Shown: one piece after another, positions 20,616-31,337 of the stretch
Layout: each line of letters opens with the position of its first letter
How positions within the stretch are numbered: the stretch's first letter is position 1
NCBI GenBank assembly: GCA_041640295.1
Contig: JBEQAR010000001.1
Coordinates: forward strand, 16,453-80,452
Source: a bacterium
Lineage (GTDB): Bacteria; Patescibacteriota; Minisyncoccia; UBA6257; HR35
Reading direction: 5' to 3'
DNA: 64,000 bases
The notes under the pieces: model-generated
The model's input: the letters and a program-made list of their open reading frames with translations, nothing else
Databases searched by the model: none
What the model was told of the DNA's origin: nothing
Made by a program: the position numbers and the translations under genes

Positions 20616-23102
20616 TTAAGATTGAGCAAATGATTTTATTTTTTTCATATTGACTTGATGTTCTTCAGTATTTAACAAACCGCATTTTTTCCACTTTTTT
20701 CCACTACCGCAAGGACAAGGGGAATTTCTATCTATTTTAAATTCTTGTGGTTTAATTTCTAAATTCATTAAATTACTTACCAGGTTAAGATTGATTAGTC
20801 GATAAAAATTATTAAAACTTTGTAAGGCTTCTCTTTTATATTCAACTAAAGGATCTTTTTGAGCATAGCCACGCCAACCAATTGTTTCTTTTAATTCTTC
20901 TAAATAGCTTAAATGTTCTATCCATAAATAATCGAAAGTTTTTAAAATAATAATTCTCAATAATTCATTAAAATTATCAATATTTTCTTTTAAATGATTG
21001 TAATGAAGGTAAAATTTTTCTCTTGCTTTTTCTTTTAAATTTTCCCCATCAATTTTCAAATAAAATTTAATTACCTCATCTTCTTCATTTAAGAATTGAT
21101 TAAAAGCATTATCAACAAATTCTTCTAAATTAATTTCATCTAATAAAATTTTTCTCCTTTCAGCATAAACTTTATCCCTTTGTGAATTGATTACATCATC
21201 GTATTCTAATAAATGTTTCCTTAAATCGAAGTTAAAACCCTCTACTCGACTTTGGGCTTCTTCAATAGCTTTAGAAATTAAATGATGGTCAATAATACCT
21301 TCTTTAATATTAAATTTTTCTAAAATACTTTTTATTCTTTCACCACCAAAAATTTTGATTAATTCATCATCTAAAGCAACAAAAAATTGGCTTTCACCTG
21401 GATCTCCTTGTCTACCAGCTCGACCACGAAGCTGATTATCTATTCTTCTAGCTTCATGTCTTTCAGTACCAATAACAAATAATCCACCTAATTCTCTTAC
21501 CTTATTTGCTTCTTCTAAATCTGGAGGATTACCACCTAAAATAATATCTACACCCCTACCAGCCATATTAGTAGCGACAGTAACCATTTTTAATCTTCCT
21601 GCCTGAGCAATTATTTTTCCTTCCTCTTCGTGATTTTTAGCGTTTAAAACTTGGTGTGGAATATTTTTTTCTTTTAATTTTCTAGATAAAAATTCATTTT
21701 TTTCTATAGAAGTAGTTCCAACTAACACTGGTCTGCCGATTTTATATAGTTCTTCAATTTTATTAACAATTGCTTCCCATTTTTGTTTTTGATTAAAAAA
21801 AACTTTATCAGGGTGGTCGATTCTAATGCAAGGTTTATTAGGTGGAATACTGATTGTTTCTAAACCATAAATTTTATAAAATTCTTCAGCTGAAGTTATA
21901 GCTGTACCAGTCATTCCGCTTAGTTTTTTGTATTTTCTAAAAAAATTTTGAATAGTTATCTGAGCAATTGTTTTTGATTCAGGTTGAATTGGTACTCCCT
22001 CTTTAGCTTCAATCGCTTGATGTAAACCTCCCGACCATCTTCTTCCCCACATTAATCTTCCAGTAAATTCATCAACTATGATTACTTGACCGTCTTTAAC
22101 TATATAATCCTTATCGCGAAAGAAAAGATAATTAGCCCTCAAAGCTTGCTCTAAATGATGAATAGCATGTAAATTTTCTACTTTATAAGGATCATAACCC
22201 AAAATTTTAGCTACTTTTTCTTGCCCTTCTTCAGTTAAATAGATACTTTTTCTTTTTTCATCAATAGTAAAGTCAATTTCTCTATTTAAAGATTTGGCTA
22301 TTTTGTCAAAAACATAATAAACATTATTCGCTTCTTGTTGTAAACCAGAAATAATTAACGGTGTTCTTGCTTCATCAATTAAGATACTATCAACTTCATC
22401 AACAATTGCATAATTAAATCCTCTTTGAACCAAATCAAACTTATTAACTGCTAAATTATCTTTTAAATAATCAAAACCGAATTCATGATTTGTACCATAA
22501 ACAATATCTGCCTGATAAGCTGTTTTTCGGTCAACTGGCCTAAGATAATCATAAAACACAATAAATAAACCCTGACTATCCCTAAATTTATCTTTTTCTT
22601 CATTAACGAAAGATGGATCGTAAAGAAAACTTTGTTCGTGAACAATACAAACTGTAGTAACTCCCAAAAGATAATAAATTTGTCCCATCCAAACAGTATC
22701 TCTTTTAGCTAAATAATCATTAACAGTACAAATATGAACACCATCACCAGTAAGTGAATTCAAGTAGGCTGCTAAGGTTGCTGTTAAGGTTTTACCTTCA
22801 CCAGTCATCATTTCCACCACCATACCTTTATGAAGACCAATACCACCTAAAAGTTGAACATCATAATGCCTTTGATTTAAAGTTCTTTTAGCTGCTTCTC
22901 TCACTAAAGCAAAAGCTTCTGGTAAAATATCATCTAAAGTCTCACCCTTTTTTAAACGTTCTTTAAACTCTTGAGTTTTATTTTTTAAATCATCATCAGT
23001 AAATTTTTCAAAACTACTTTCTAAAGAATTAATTTTTTCTACAACTTTCCACCAATCTTTCAGGTAATCTTTTTTAAATAAATCCAAAAGTTTCTTTAAC
23101 AT
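20616..23102 (-). CDS. secA: Preprotein translocase ATPase SecA
   Basis: MMTGEGKT, DEVDSILIDEARTPLIISG, ATNMAGRG, SEC-C CPCGSGKKWKKC. Confidence 0.98.
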   Translation of the reverse strand: MLKKLLDLFKKDYLKDWWKVVEKINSLESSFEKFTDDDLKNKTQEFKERLKKGETLDDILPEAFALVREAAKRTLNQRHYDVQLLGGIGLHKGMVVEMMTGEGKTLTATLAAYLNSLTGDGVHICTVNDYLAKRDTVWMGQIYYLLGVTTVCIVHEQSFLYDPSFVNEEKDKFRDSQGLFIVFYDYLRPVDRKTAYQADIVYGTNHEFGFDYLKDNLAVNKFDLVQRGFNYAIVDEVDSILIDEARTPLIISGLQQEANNVYYVFDKIAKSLNREIDFTIDEKRKSIYLTEEGQEKVAKILGYDPYKVENLHAIHHLEQALRANYLFFRDKDYIVKDGQVIIVDEFTGRLMWGRRWSGGLHQAIEAKEGVPIQPESKTIAQITIQNFFRKYKKLSGMTGTAITSAEEFYKIYGLETISIPPNKPCIRIDHPDKVFFNQKQKWEAIVNKIEELYKIGRPVLVGTTSIEKNEFLSRKLKEKNIPHQVLNAKNHEEEGKIIAQAGRLKMVTVATNMAGRGVDIILGGNPPDLEEANKVRELGGLFVIGTERHEARRIDNQLRGRAGRQGDPGESQFFVALDDELIKIFGGERIKSILEKFNIKEGIIDHHLISKAIEEAQSRVEGFNFDLRKHLLEYDDVINSQRDKVYAERRKILLDEINLEEFVDNAFNQFLNEEDEVIKFYLKIDGENLKEKAREKFYLHYNHLKENIDNFNELLRIIILKTFDYLWIEHLSYLEELKETIGWRGYAQKDPLVEYKREALQSFNNFYRLINLNLVSNLMNLEIKPQEFKIDRNSPCPCGSGKKWKKCGLLNTEEHQVNMKKIKSFAQS

Positions 23103-23143
23103 TATCTTTAAATTATAACATTGTTAAATAGCTTAGTGAAAAT

Positions 23144-24505
23144 TTAATGCAATTCAATTTCTTCAATTGTTTGTTCAGTGCTATAAAATGAAGTAGTTTC
23201 AGGATCAAAATAAAGAGTAACAACGCCTAATGGACCATTTCTTTGTTTAGCAATAATAATATCAGTTTGATTAGAAGGTACTACCTGACCACTTTCTTTG
23301 GGTCGATGAATGAATAGTACCACATCAGCATCCTGTTCAATTGAACCAGAATCCCTTAAATCAGAAAGTTTGGGTACTTGTGAAATTCTCTGCTCTGGTG
23401 CTCGAGAAAGCTGAGATAAAGCTAAAATAGGAACATTTAATTCACGGGCTAATTCTTTTAAATTTCTTGAAATTTCTGTAATCTCTTGTACTCGACTATC
23501 ATAATATTTATTAGCTCTTAAAAGTTGCAAATAATCAATAATTATTAAACCAATTTCTTTTACTTGATGTTTTAATTTTCTTGACATTGTTCTTATTTGT
23601 AATGTATTTAGATTAGGACTATCATCAATATATATAGGAGCTTGATTTAATTTATCCAAAGCATCAGAAATTAAGGCTAATTCATTAATTTCACCTTCAT
23701 AGAACAATTTACCCGTTCTTAATCGCCATAAACTAACGCCTGCTTCACTGGCTAATAGACGATCAATAATTTGATCTCGAGACATCTCTAAACTAAAAAT
23801 AGCTACTGGTTTATTTTCATTAATAGCGATATGACGCGCAAAAGTTAATGCTAATGAAGTTTTACCTAAAGATGGTCTTGAAGCTAAAATAATTAAATCA
23901 GAATTTTGTAAACCACCTAAATATTCATCTAACAAAGGAAAGCCAGTACTAACTCCTCTTAATTTTTTCTGTTGATTGTGTAATTCTTCAATTCTTTGAT
24001 AGGCAGATTCTAAAAATTGTGAAATATGAGAAAATTCCTTAGGATAAACTCTTTCAGCTACCTTAAATATCTTGACTTCAATTTCATCAATTAATTCTTC
24101 TGAATTCTTTTCTTCTTCATAAGCAATGCTTTGAATTTCGTAAGCAGTTTGAATTAAATCTCTTCTAGCTTTTTTATCGCGAATTATTTTAGCGTAATTA
24201 ATAATATTAGAAATAGTAGGAGTTTTACTGATTAATTCAAAAATATAACCTGCACCACCAATATTTTCTAACTCACCTAATTCTCGCAAGCGATTAGTAA
24301 CGGTAATAACATCAATAGATTCTCTGCGTTCAAATAGATACAACATAGCAGAATAAATTATTTGATGAGCAGGTTTATAAAAATCATCAGGCTTTAAAAT
24401 ATCAACAACTTTATAAATAGCTTCCGGATCTATCAAGATAGCTCCCAATAAAGCAATTTCTGCTTCTTGGTTGTTTGGTAAGGATTTAAAAATTTCTTCT
24501 GGCAT
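23144..24505 (-). CDS. dnaB: Replicative DNA helicase
   Basis: SRPSLGKT, IDYLQL, LSQLSR, LRDSGSIEQDAD, KQRNGP; no intein. Confidence 0.97.
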   Translation of the reverse strand: MPEEIFKSLPNNQEAEIALLGAILIDPEAIYKVVDILKPDDFYKPAHQIIYSAMLYLFERRESIDVITVTNRLRELGELENIGGAGYIFELISKTPTISNIINYAKIIRDKKARRDLIQTAYEIQSIAYEEEKNSEELIDEIEVKIFKVAERVYPKEFSHISQFLESAYQRIEELHNQQKKLRGVSTGFPLLDEYLGGLQNSDLIILASRPSLGKTSLALTFARHIAINENKPVAIFSLEMSRDQIIDRLLASEAGVSLWRLRTGKLFYEGEINELALISDALDKLNQAPIYIDDSPNLNTLQIRTMSRKLKHQVKEIGLIIIDYLQLLRANKYYDSRVQEITEISRNLKELARELNVPILALSQLSRAPEQRISQVPKLSDLRDSGSIEQDADVVLFIHRPKESGQVVPSNQTDIIIAKQRNGPLGVVTLYFDPETTSFYSTEQTIEEIELH

Positions 24506-24730
24506 CCTTACCAATATTTTTTAAATCAAAAAATTTTTTTGTCAAATTTTTAGAAATGAGGATAAAAAGTGGATATTTTTATTTTTTAAAAAAATTTTTT
24601 AATTTATTCGGGTGCTATAATAAGATTTATTTTAATACGATTTTTAATAAGATGAAATTATTTAAATTTAAACTCATAAGATGATTTGTATGTAAGCTTT
24701 AAATTAGTATATTTTTATAATTTTGAAATA

Positions 24731-27349
24731 TTATCTTGTTGTAGAATTTTGGGTTGCGGATAATATCTTGATTTCTATTTCATTACTTTTTCTTCCATCA
24801 TCACTTAAAAGGAGTAATTTATATTCGCCTGGTAAAATTATAGTTAATGCAAAGCAGATAGAGTCAGATGGATTAAAAGAATAACATCTAGCAACTGATC
24901 GAGGAAATGAAGATATTTCTATAGTATTATTATCTATAACTTTGAAATTATCTATATAACCACTATAAACACTAATAGTATCCGGTGAATTAGAATATTT
25001 TCCTTTTACCTCTATAACTAATCTATTAGCTGTTTTGAAATTTTCTCCTTTAATTATTACCTTATCACCAGGAAGAATTGCTTGTGGGTCTATAGAAAAT
25101 ATCTTTAATTCTTTAACATTATACATCAAATCGGGTTTAAGATCCCCTCTTTTACCAAAATTATTTAAGACAATCCTAAGATCTTTATCATCAATTTTAT
25201 TATCTAAGTTTAAATCATATCTTATCCCATTTTCTTTTAGAACATCTTGACCAAAATTAAAGGTAATATTCAAAATATCGCTATCATTAATAACATCATC
25301 ATTATTAGTATCACCATTAGTGAGATATATTTTATCAGTATAATTAAGAGAAATAATTTTCCTAAAATGACTTAAAAAATGAGGAAATTGAAAACTAACT
25401 GCAGGATCAGAGCATTTAGGAATCTCTATTGAGCCCTCATAACTACGATTAGCTAAATTAACATTAATTCTTTTTTGATTATAAATAGTATTTCCACAAT
25501 AAGTAGTAATAGTTCCTTCAGTAATTACATTTTTAGCAGTATCAGCTATATCATTAAAGTAAAGAACAAAATTATAATTTTCAAAAGTTCCTACTTCGTC
25601 ATCATAAATTTCAAATTCAACTCTATTACTTTCTTTATTATAAGCATTAATTACAAAGATTTCATATTTTCCTACAAATTGTTCTTTAAACCATTTATAT
25701 CTACTAGTTTCATCAAAGAAAGCTTGTGGTTCACCTTGTGTAAGAAGACAAATTATTGGGTTATTAATATCATAATCAGTAATACTACAACTAGTCATAT
25801 TAAGAGCATTCAAAGCTGTAACATAGATTTTATCATAAACACCTATAAGATCATTGATTGGCGGTGTTTTGCCAGTGCTAGCTATAAAATCAAAAGTTCT
25901 TTGATTATCTTTTTTAACAAACCTTAATATATTTTGTTGCGTAAAACCAGTACCTTCTAATGTTAAACTTGTTATAGGCATATTACCCATAAAGCTTTTT
26001 AGTGATATTCTTTTAGGATAATAATTATCTATTCTAGGTATAATATTTAAATCTTCCTGACATTCTTCATATTCTTTGTTTACCATTATTTGAATTATTT
26101 TTAATGTTTCACCAGAAACTATACCATTAGCTGGTAATTGATAAAATCTTTGAAATTTTTTAACTGCTCCCTCGGTTAATCTTCCAAAATAACCAGTTAT
26201 TAACCTCTCGGGATAAAATCCTTTATTAGTTAAAATTAATTGAAAAAGATAAACTTCATTTCTACGATCACCTCTTTTCATTTCTGGTAAATCACAAGAT
26301 ACTTCAGGACTACCAGGTAATTCATCAAGAATTATTGTTCTTTTAGATTTTGGAGTTTCTTTATTAACAATCTTAAAATAAGCTGAATCAAAATAACCAC
26401 CTATAAAATAATTATTCTCTAAAGTTGGCTTATAATGTCTAATATCTAAATCATAATATTTTTCAAGTAAATATAAAGGGAAAACTGAAAACCTGATTCG
26501 GTAATTACCATTTTGAATATATTCAGGTATAGTCCAATCATAAGATCGTTTAAAAATCGGAACTTTGGCAATATGAGTTACATACCCTCTATCAGAAACT
26601 AAATCAAGAGAAAGGGTTTGAATAGGAAGATAAAAATAAGTTTGATTTTCTGTAGGAAAAACTGAATATTGATCAGAACCACCTCCTTGAGGAATATAAT
26701 TTTGAGATGATGTGCTTGAAATCTGATGACGAGGTGCTTCTAAAATACTACTAGTTGATTCGCTTTCAACTTGAGGATTTCTACCAGACATTGGTTGAGC
26801 TACATATTCCCATTCAATAGTGTAAGTTTGACCGACATACCAAGTATCATTAGCTTTAGGAGAAAGTACAGTTAAAGAAAAATTATTTCTCGGCGAATAC
26901 AATAAATCAGTTTCTTGTGGTCCTACTGTTGTTTCCGCTCTTTCTGGTAATTTTGATCCTCCCGCTGATGTTTCTGCTGGTGTTCTTAATTCTCTTCCTT
27001 TTGTTTCTTGAGTAAATAGAGGAGAAAGAAGACTTAAGATCACCTCAATAGTTTTTTTATCTAATTTTCCAGTTGTAGGTAAATCAAATCTTTTTTGAAA
27101 TTCTTTTAAGGCTTGAACTGTTTGATTATCAATTTGACCTGTAATTTTTAAATCTTTCTTATTCAAAGTTTCTCTTAATAATTCTTGAACAAAACGAATG
27201 TCATTAACAGTTGGTTGCTTTTCTAATTTTAATTTTAATTGATTAACATCGGTAATTTTTTTGGTTGGCGTTGAAGTTTGCGCAAAACTTAAATTAAAAA
27301 CTATAATAGAGATCAATAAAAATATATAAATCTTAATAAAACTTTTCAT
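24731..27349 (-). CDS. Large secreted protein: two peptidoglycan-binding domains, Ig/IPT-like modules, dockerin-like EF-hand pair
   Basis: Signal LSFA|Q; ITGQIDNQTVQALKEFQ and TGYFGRLTEGAVKKFQ (PG_binding_1); GDTNNDDVINDSD..DLNLDNKIDDKD. Confidence 0.75.
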   Translation of the reverse strand: MKSFIKIYIFLLISIIVFNLSFAQTSTPTKKITDVNQLKLKLEKQPTVNDIRFVQELLRETLNKKDLKITGQIDNQTVQALKEFQKRFDLPTTGKLDKKTIEVILSLLSPLFTQETKGRELRTPAETSAGGSKLPERAETTVGPQETDLLYSPRNNFSLTVLSPKANDTWYVGQTYTIEWEYVAQPMSGRNPQVESESTSSILEAPRHQISSTSSQNYIPQGGGSDQYSVFPTENQTYFYLPIQTLSLDLVSDRGYVTHIAKVPIFKRSYDWTIPEYIQNGNYRIRFSVFPLYLLEKYYDLDIRHYKPTLENNYFIGGYFDSAYFKIVNKETPKSKRTIILDELPGSPEVSCDLPEMKRGDRRNEVYLFQLILTNKGFYPERLITGYFGRLTEGAVKKFQRFYQLPANGIVSGETLKIIQIMVNKEYEECQEDLNIIPRIDNYYPKRISLKSFMGNMPITSLTLEGTGFTQQNILRFVKKDNQRTFDFIASTGKTPPINDLIGVYDKIYVTALNALNMTSCSITDYDINNPIICLLTQGEPQAFFDETSRYKWFKEQFVGKYEIFVINAYNKESNRVEFEIYDDEVGTFENYNFVLYFNDIADTAKNVITEGTITTYCGNTIYNQKRINVNLANRSYEGSIEIPKCSDPAVSFQFPHFLSHFRKIISLNYTDKIYLTNGDTNNDDVINDSDILNITFNFGQDVLKENGIRYDLNLDNKIDDKDLRIVLNNFGKRGDLKPDLMYNVKELKIFSIDPQAILPGDKVIIKGENFKTANRLVIEVKGKYSNSPDTISVYSGYIDNFKVIDNNTIEISSFPRSVARCYSFNPSDSICFALTIILPGEYKLLLLSDDGRKSNEIEIKILSATQNSTTR

Positions 27350-27388
27350 AGTTATTTAAAAATTTAATTTAATTCCCGACTTTCTTAA

Positions 27389-27417
27389 ATTATATTACTA
27401 TAAAAATCCGATGTCAA
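27389..27417 (-). promoter_or_regulatory. Consensus sigma70 promoter for the PG-binding/dockerin gene
   Basis: TTGACA(27417-27412)-17 bp-TATAAT(27394-27389). Confidence 0.7.
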
Positions 27418-27566
27418 ATTTTATTATATAGTTATTGCCATTATAAAGAATTTACAAAAAGGGTGGATAAATTTGTATAAATTTTAATGGGTTTTTATTA
27501 TATTATTAGAATTATAAACTTCGCAAGTAGATGGGATTGAGAGAGGTAGCTTAATATTATTGGATT

Positions 27567-27637
27567 TACCCGTGGAGGGAATTGAACCCCCATCTCCTCC
27601 TTAGGACGGAGGCGCTTTTCCATTAAGCTACACGGGC
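27567..27637 (-). tRNA. tRNA-Arg(CCT)
   Basis: Reverse complement GCCCGTG/CACGGGT-A, CCTCC-GT CCT AA-GGAGG, A20 in D-loop. Confidence 0.92.
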
Positions 27638-27648
27638 TAATTAAAAAA

Positions 27649-28932
27649 TTATATAGTATATTGTCTACTACCAACCTCGGATTCAATCTTCTTTATAGTT
27701 TCAATCGCTACTGAGACGACAATTAAAATTGATGTTCCACCAATACCAACAAATGATAAACCTGTTACTACTTGAGTAATATAAGGTAAAATTGCAATTA
27801 AACCTAAAAATATTCCACCGAAAAGATTTATACGATTAACTATATTTTTAAAATACTGAGCTGTTTCTTTACCTGGACGAATGCCTGGAATAAAAGCACC
27901 TGAGCGTTGAAAATTTAAAGCTAATTCATTTGGTTCAAAAGTAATTGAGGTATAAAAATAAGTAAAACCAAAAACTAAAATAAAATACAATAAACTAAAA
28001 ATTAATTGGTTTTGGAAGAAACGATTGATGTCTTGAGCCAAAGTAGAAAAAAAAGTTATCCCAGCAGCAGATAAAAATTGAAAAAGTGTCTGGGGAAAAA
28101 GTAAAACAGAAATAGCAAAAATAATCGGAATAACTCCAGCTTGATTTATTTTAATAGGTAAATAAGTAGAAACACCGCCATATAGTTTTGTTCCTCTAAC
28201 TCGTTTAGAAAAATTAAGAGGAATTCTTCTTTCAGCTTCATTAATATAAGCAATACTGGCAGTAATAAAAAGAGAAATGAAAATTAAAATAAGATAGTTA
28301 TTAAGTTTATCAAAACTGAAATTGATTATTGCTTGTTGAAAAAATTGCGGACCTTGAGCAACAATACCAGAAAATATTAAAAGAGAAATTCCGTTAGCTA
28401 ATTTTTGTTCAGTAATTAATTCACCTAACCACATCAAAAATATAGTACCAGTAGTTACCAAAATAACATCCCTAAAAATATCGAAATACGAAGAAAAAAT
28501 AATTAAATTTTGAGCTTCAAGAAATTTCAAAAAACCAAAAGATTGAATAACTGCTAAAGGAATAGTAATAATTCTGGCATATTGATTAAATTTCGCTCGG
28601 CCAGCTTCACCTTCTTCATAATACATTTCTTTTAATTTCGGATAAACTAAAGTTAATAATTGCATAATTATAATAGCAGTAATATAAGGACCTAAACCTA
28701 AAAGTGCAATTGAAAAGTTAGCTAAAGTATTACCAGTAAAAACATTTAATAAACCAAGAAATTGATTAGCTTGAAGTAAATTTTTAACTCTCTCTAAATC
28801 AACTCCGGGAAGAGGAATATTGGCAGTGATTCTAAAAATAAACAAAAATAAAATTATTAGTAAAACTCTTTTTTTTAAATCTCTATCTTTAAATAAACCG
28901 GCTAAATTTTTAAAGAAATCTATTTTAATCAT
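27649..28932 (-). CDS. secY: Preprotein translocase subunit SecY
   Basis: LGLGPYITA, GISLLIF, AGVIPIIFA, FIPGIRPG, GGTSILIVV. Confidence 0.98.
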   Translation of the reverse strand: MIKIDFFKNLAGLFKDRDLKKRVLLIILFLFIFRITANIPLPGVDLERVKNLLQANQFLGLLNVFTGNTLANFSIALLGLGPYITAIIIMQLLTLVYPKLKEMYYEEGEAGRAKFNQYARIITIPLAVIQSFGFLKFLEAQNLIIFSSYFDIFRDVILVTTGTIFLMWLGELITEQKLANGISLLIFSGIVAQGPQFFQQAIINFSFDKLNNYLILIFISLFITASIAYINEAERRIPLNFSKRVRGTKLYGGVSTYLPIKINQAGVIPIIFAISVLLFPQTLFQFLSAAGITFFSTLAQDINRFFQNQLIFSLLYFILVFGFTYFYTSITFEPNELALNFQRSGAFIPGIRPGKETAQYFKNIVNRINLFGGIFLGLIAILPYITQVVTGLSFVGIGGTSILIVVSVAIETIKKIESEVGSRQYTI

Positions 28933-29359
28933 TTATTATCTCTGAACCGCTTTGTTTAATTTTCTCCAAAGCAGATTGACTAAATAAAAATTTATTTGAG
29001 AAAAATAATTTTTTATCTAAACTTCCGTTACCAAGAATTTTGATTTTAATTTTTTTACTTTTAGGAAGTTTAACAATTCTTTTTTCTTTTAAATATTGAT
29101 AATCTACTTTTTCGCCATTAGTGAATTTTTTATTAATTATATCTAAATTAACAACTATTGGTTTTTCTTTTAATGATTTAAATTTTATTCCTCTTAATTT
29201 AGGGAACTTTAAAATAATATCTCTTTCTGCTGGTCTAATTTTTCTACCTGCTCGAGATTTTTGTCCTTTCATTCCTCGACCAGAATAATTACCTTTCTTA
29301 CCACCACGGCCAATTCTTTTTTTCTTTTTTAATTTAAAATTAATTTGATTGATTAACAT
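28925..29359 (-). CDS. rplO: 50S ribosomal protein L15
   Basis: RIGRGGKKGNYSGRGMKGQKSR, KILGNG; spc operon position. Confidence 0.95.
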   Translation of the reverse strand: MLINQINFKLKKKKRIGRGGKKGNYSGRGMKGQKSRAGRKIRPAERDIILKFPKLRGIKFKSLKEKPIVVNLDIINKKFTNGEKVDYQYLKEKRIVKLPKSKKIKIKILGNGSLDKKLFFSNKFLFSQSALEKIKQSGSEIIND

Positions 29360-29810
29360 TTTGGTAATATTTAGATAATTTTTTTAACGCCTCTAAAGCG
29401 GCTAAAGCATTAGTTAATGGATTTTTTGTTACGCCAATAATTTTTGAAACTACATCTTTAATCCCTGCTAATTCCAAAACCAACCTTACTGAACTCCCAG
29501 CAATTATTCCTTTACCTTTTTTAGCAGGCTTAATTAGAACTTTGGCTGCACTTACCTTACCTTGAACTTCGTAAGGGATGGTATTTTCAACTATCGGTAC
29601 ATAAACAGAATTTTTAATAGCACTATTAAGGGCTTTATTAACTGCTTGGGAAACATCATCTCCTTTATCAATACCAATGCCTACCTTGCCTTGTTTGTTA
29701 CCAGCAATCACTACAGCTCTAATTTTAAATCTTTTTCCACCTTTGGTTACTTTAGTAACTCTTTTAATTTCTATTACTCGGTATTCCCAATTAGTCTTTT
29801 TATCAATCAT
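29340..29810 (-). CDS. rpsE: 30S ribosomal protein S5
   Basis: RVTKVTKGGKRF, GIIAG. Confidence 0.97.
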   Translation of the reverse strand: MIDKKTNWEYRVIEIKRVTKVTKGGKRFKIRAVVIAGNKQGKVGIGIDKGDDVSQAVNKALNSAIKNSVYVPIVENTIPYEVQGKVSAAKVLIKPAKKGKGIIAGSSVRLVLELAGIKDVVSKIIGVTKNPLTNALAALEALKKLSKYYQNVNQSN

Positions 29811-29813
29811 TGA

Positions 29814-30188
29814 TTAAAATTCTAATCCTTTTTCTCTTAAGGTTTCTGCTAAAATTTTTATTCGACCATGATATTGATAACCACTTCTATCAAAAACTAT
29901 TTTTTTTATTCCTAATTTCAAAGCTCTTTCAGCTAAGATTTCTGCTACTCTTTTTGCTTTTTCTTTACCAGATAATTTTTCGTTTCTAAATTCTAAGCTT
30001 GATGCTGAAGTTAATGTTCTTCCTTGTTCGTCGTCTATTAATTGAATGTAGATATGTTGATTTGATCTAAAAACAGAAGCTCTGGGCCTTTCTTTATTCC
30101 CTTTTATTTTTTTTCTTATCCTTAAGTGTCTAATTAATCTTCGATCTTCTCTATTTAAATTTTTTTTCTTGAAAATTATTGTTTTCAT
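29814..30188 (-). CDS. rplR: 50S ribosomal protein L18
   Basis: [27 protein letters not shown]. Confidence 0.97.
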   Translation of the reverse strand: MKTIIFKKKNLNREDRRLIRHLRIRKKIKGNKERPRASVFRSNQHIYIQLIDDEQGRTLTSASSLEFRNEKLSGKEKAKRVAEILAERALKLGIKKIVFDRSGYQYHGRIKILAETLREKGLEF

Positions 30189-30194
30189 TTTATT

Positions 30195-30749
30195 TTATTT
30201 ACCAACAGCTCTTTTAACTGGTTTTACTTTGACCTTTTCATCTAAGTATCTGAAACCTTTTAATTTATAAATATTTCTTGGCTTAATTTTCCTAACAAAA
30301 GAAGCAAATTGACCAACTTTTTCTTTATCATTCCCACTAATAATAATATGAAATTGACCTTTTAATGGTTTAATTTCAACTTTGATATTATCTGGAATTT
30401 TAATTTTTACTGGATGGGAATATCCTAACTTGAAAACTAATTCTTTTTCTGGAGTAATTTCAACATTATAACCTAATCCTTCTAAAATAAGCGTTTTAGT
30501 AAAACCAGAAGAAACACCAATCAATCTATTATTAATTAATGACCATAAAGTACCCCAAAGCATTCTAGTTTTTTTATTAATAATCTTTGGTTTAACTCTT
30601 AAGAATTTATCTTCTTGTATTATTTCAAAATCAGGAAATAATTTCAATTCACTTTCTCCTAAAGGACCTTTAAAAAATAACACATCATCTTTAATATTCA
30701 ATTCTACTTTGTCTGGAATAATTATTGGTTTTTTCCCTAATCTAGACAT
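30195..30749 (-). CDS. rplF: 50S ribosomal protein L6
   Basis: MSRLGKKPI, KGPLG, LGYSHP. Confidence 0.96.
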   Translation of the reverse strand: MSRLGKKPIIIPDKVELNIKDDVLFFKGPLGESELKLFPDFEIIQEDKFLRVKPKIINKKTRMLWGTLWSLINNRLIGVSSGFTKTLILEGLGYNVEITPEKELVFKLGYSHPVKIKIPDNIKVEIKPLKGQFHIIISGNDKEKVGQFASFVRKIKPRNIYKLKGFRYLDEKVKVKPVKRAVGK

Positions 30750-30751
30750 TT

Positions 30752-31147
30752 TTAAAGAACTTCGCAAATTATTTCACCGCCTAATTTTCTTTTTTTCGCC
30801 TCTGAATCTAACATTACCCCTCGTGAGGTTGAAATAATTCTAAAACCAAAATTTGAACGGACAGGTTTTAAATCACGATAACCAGCATAAACTCTTCTAC
30901 CAGGCTTTGAAATTCTTCTTAAATCTTCATATGGCGGTTGTTTGTTAATATAGTTAAGGTAAATAATTAAAAATTTTTTCTTATTTTCTTCTTTCAATCT
31001 AATAGATCTTACTATGTTTTTTTCTTTAAAAATCTTCAAAATAGCAATTTTCATATTTGAATAAGGAACAACAATTTTTTCCTTGCCTACTTTCCAGGCG
31101 TTCTTAATTTGAGCTAATAAATCAGCGATAGGATCAGTTACTGTCAT
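30752..31147 (-). CDS. rpsH: 30S ribosomal protein S8
   Basis: TDPIADLL, RISKPGRRVY, STSRGV, GGEIIC. Confidence 0.97.
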   Translation of the reverse strand: MTVTDPIADLLAQIKNAWKVGKEKIVVPYSNMKIAILKIFKEKNIVRSIRLKEENKKKFLIIYLNYINKQPPYEDLRRISKPGRRVYAGYRDLKPVRSNFGFRIISTSRGVMLDSEAKKRKLGGEIICEVL

Positions 31148-31149
31148 TT

Positions 31150-31335
31150 TTACCAAGAAGATTTTTTAATACCGGGAATCTCACCTCTATGGGCTAATTC
31201 CCTAAAACAAATTCGACAAAGTCCAAAATCTCTTAAATAACCTTTTGCTCGACCACAACGAAAGCAATTATTAACTTGTCTTGTTTTAAATTTTGGTGGC
31301 TTACGCCATCTTGCTATTTGTGATTTTTTGGGCAT
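31150..31335 (-). CDS. rpsZ: 30S ribosomal protein S14, zinc-binding type Z
   Basis: CFRCGR..CRICFRE. Confidence 0.96.
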   Translation of the reverse strand: MPKKSQIARWRKPPKFKTRQVNNCFRCGRAKGYLRDFGLCRICFRELAHRGEIPGIKKSSW

Positions 31336-31337
31336 TT

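Noticed and set aside
27498-27686. 62-aa ORF
   Set aside because: Overlaps tRNA-Arg and the end of secY
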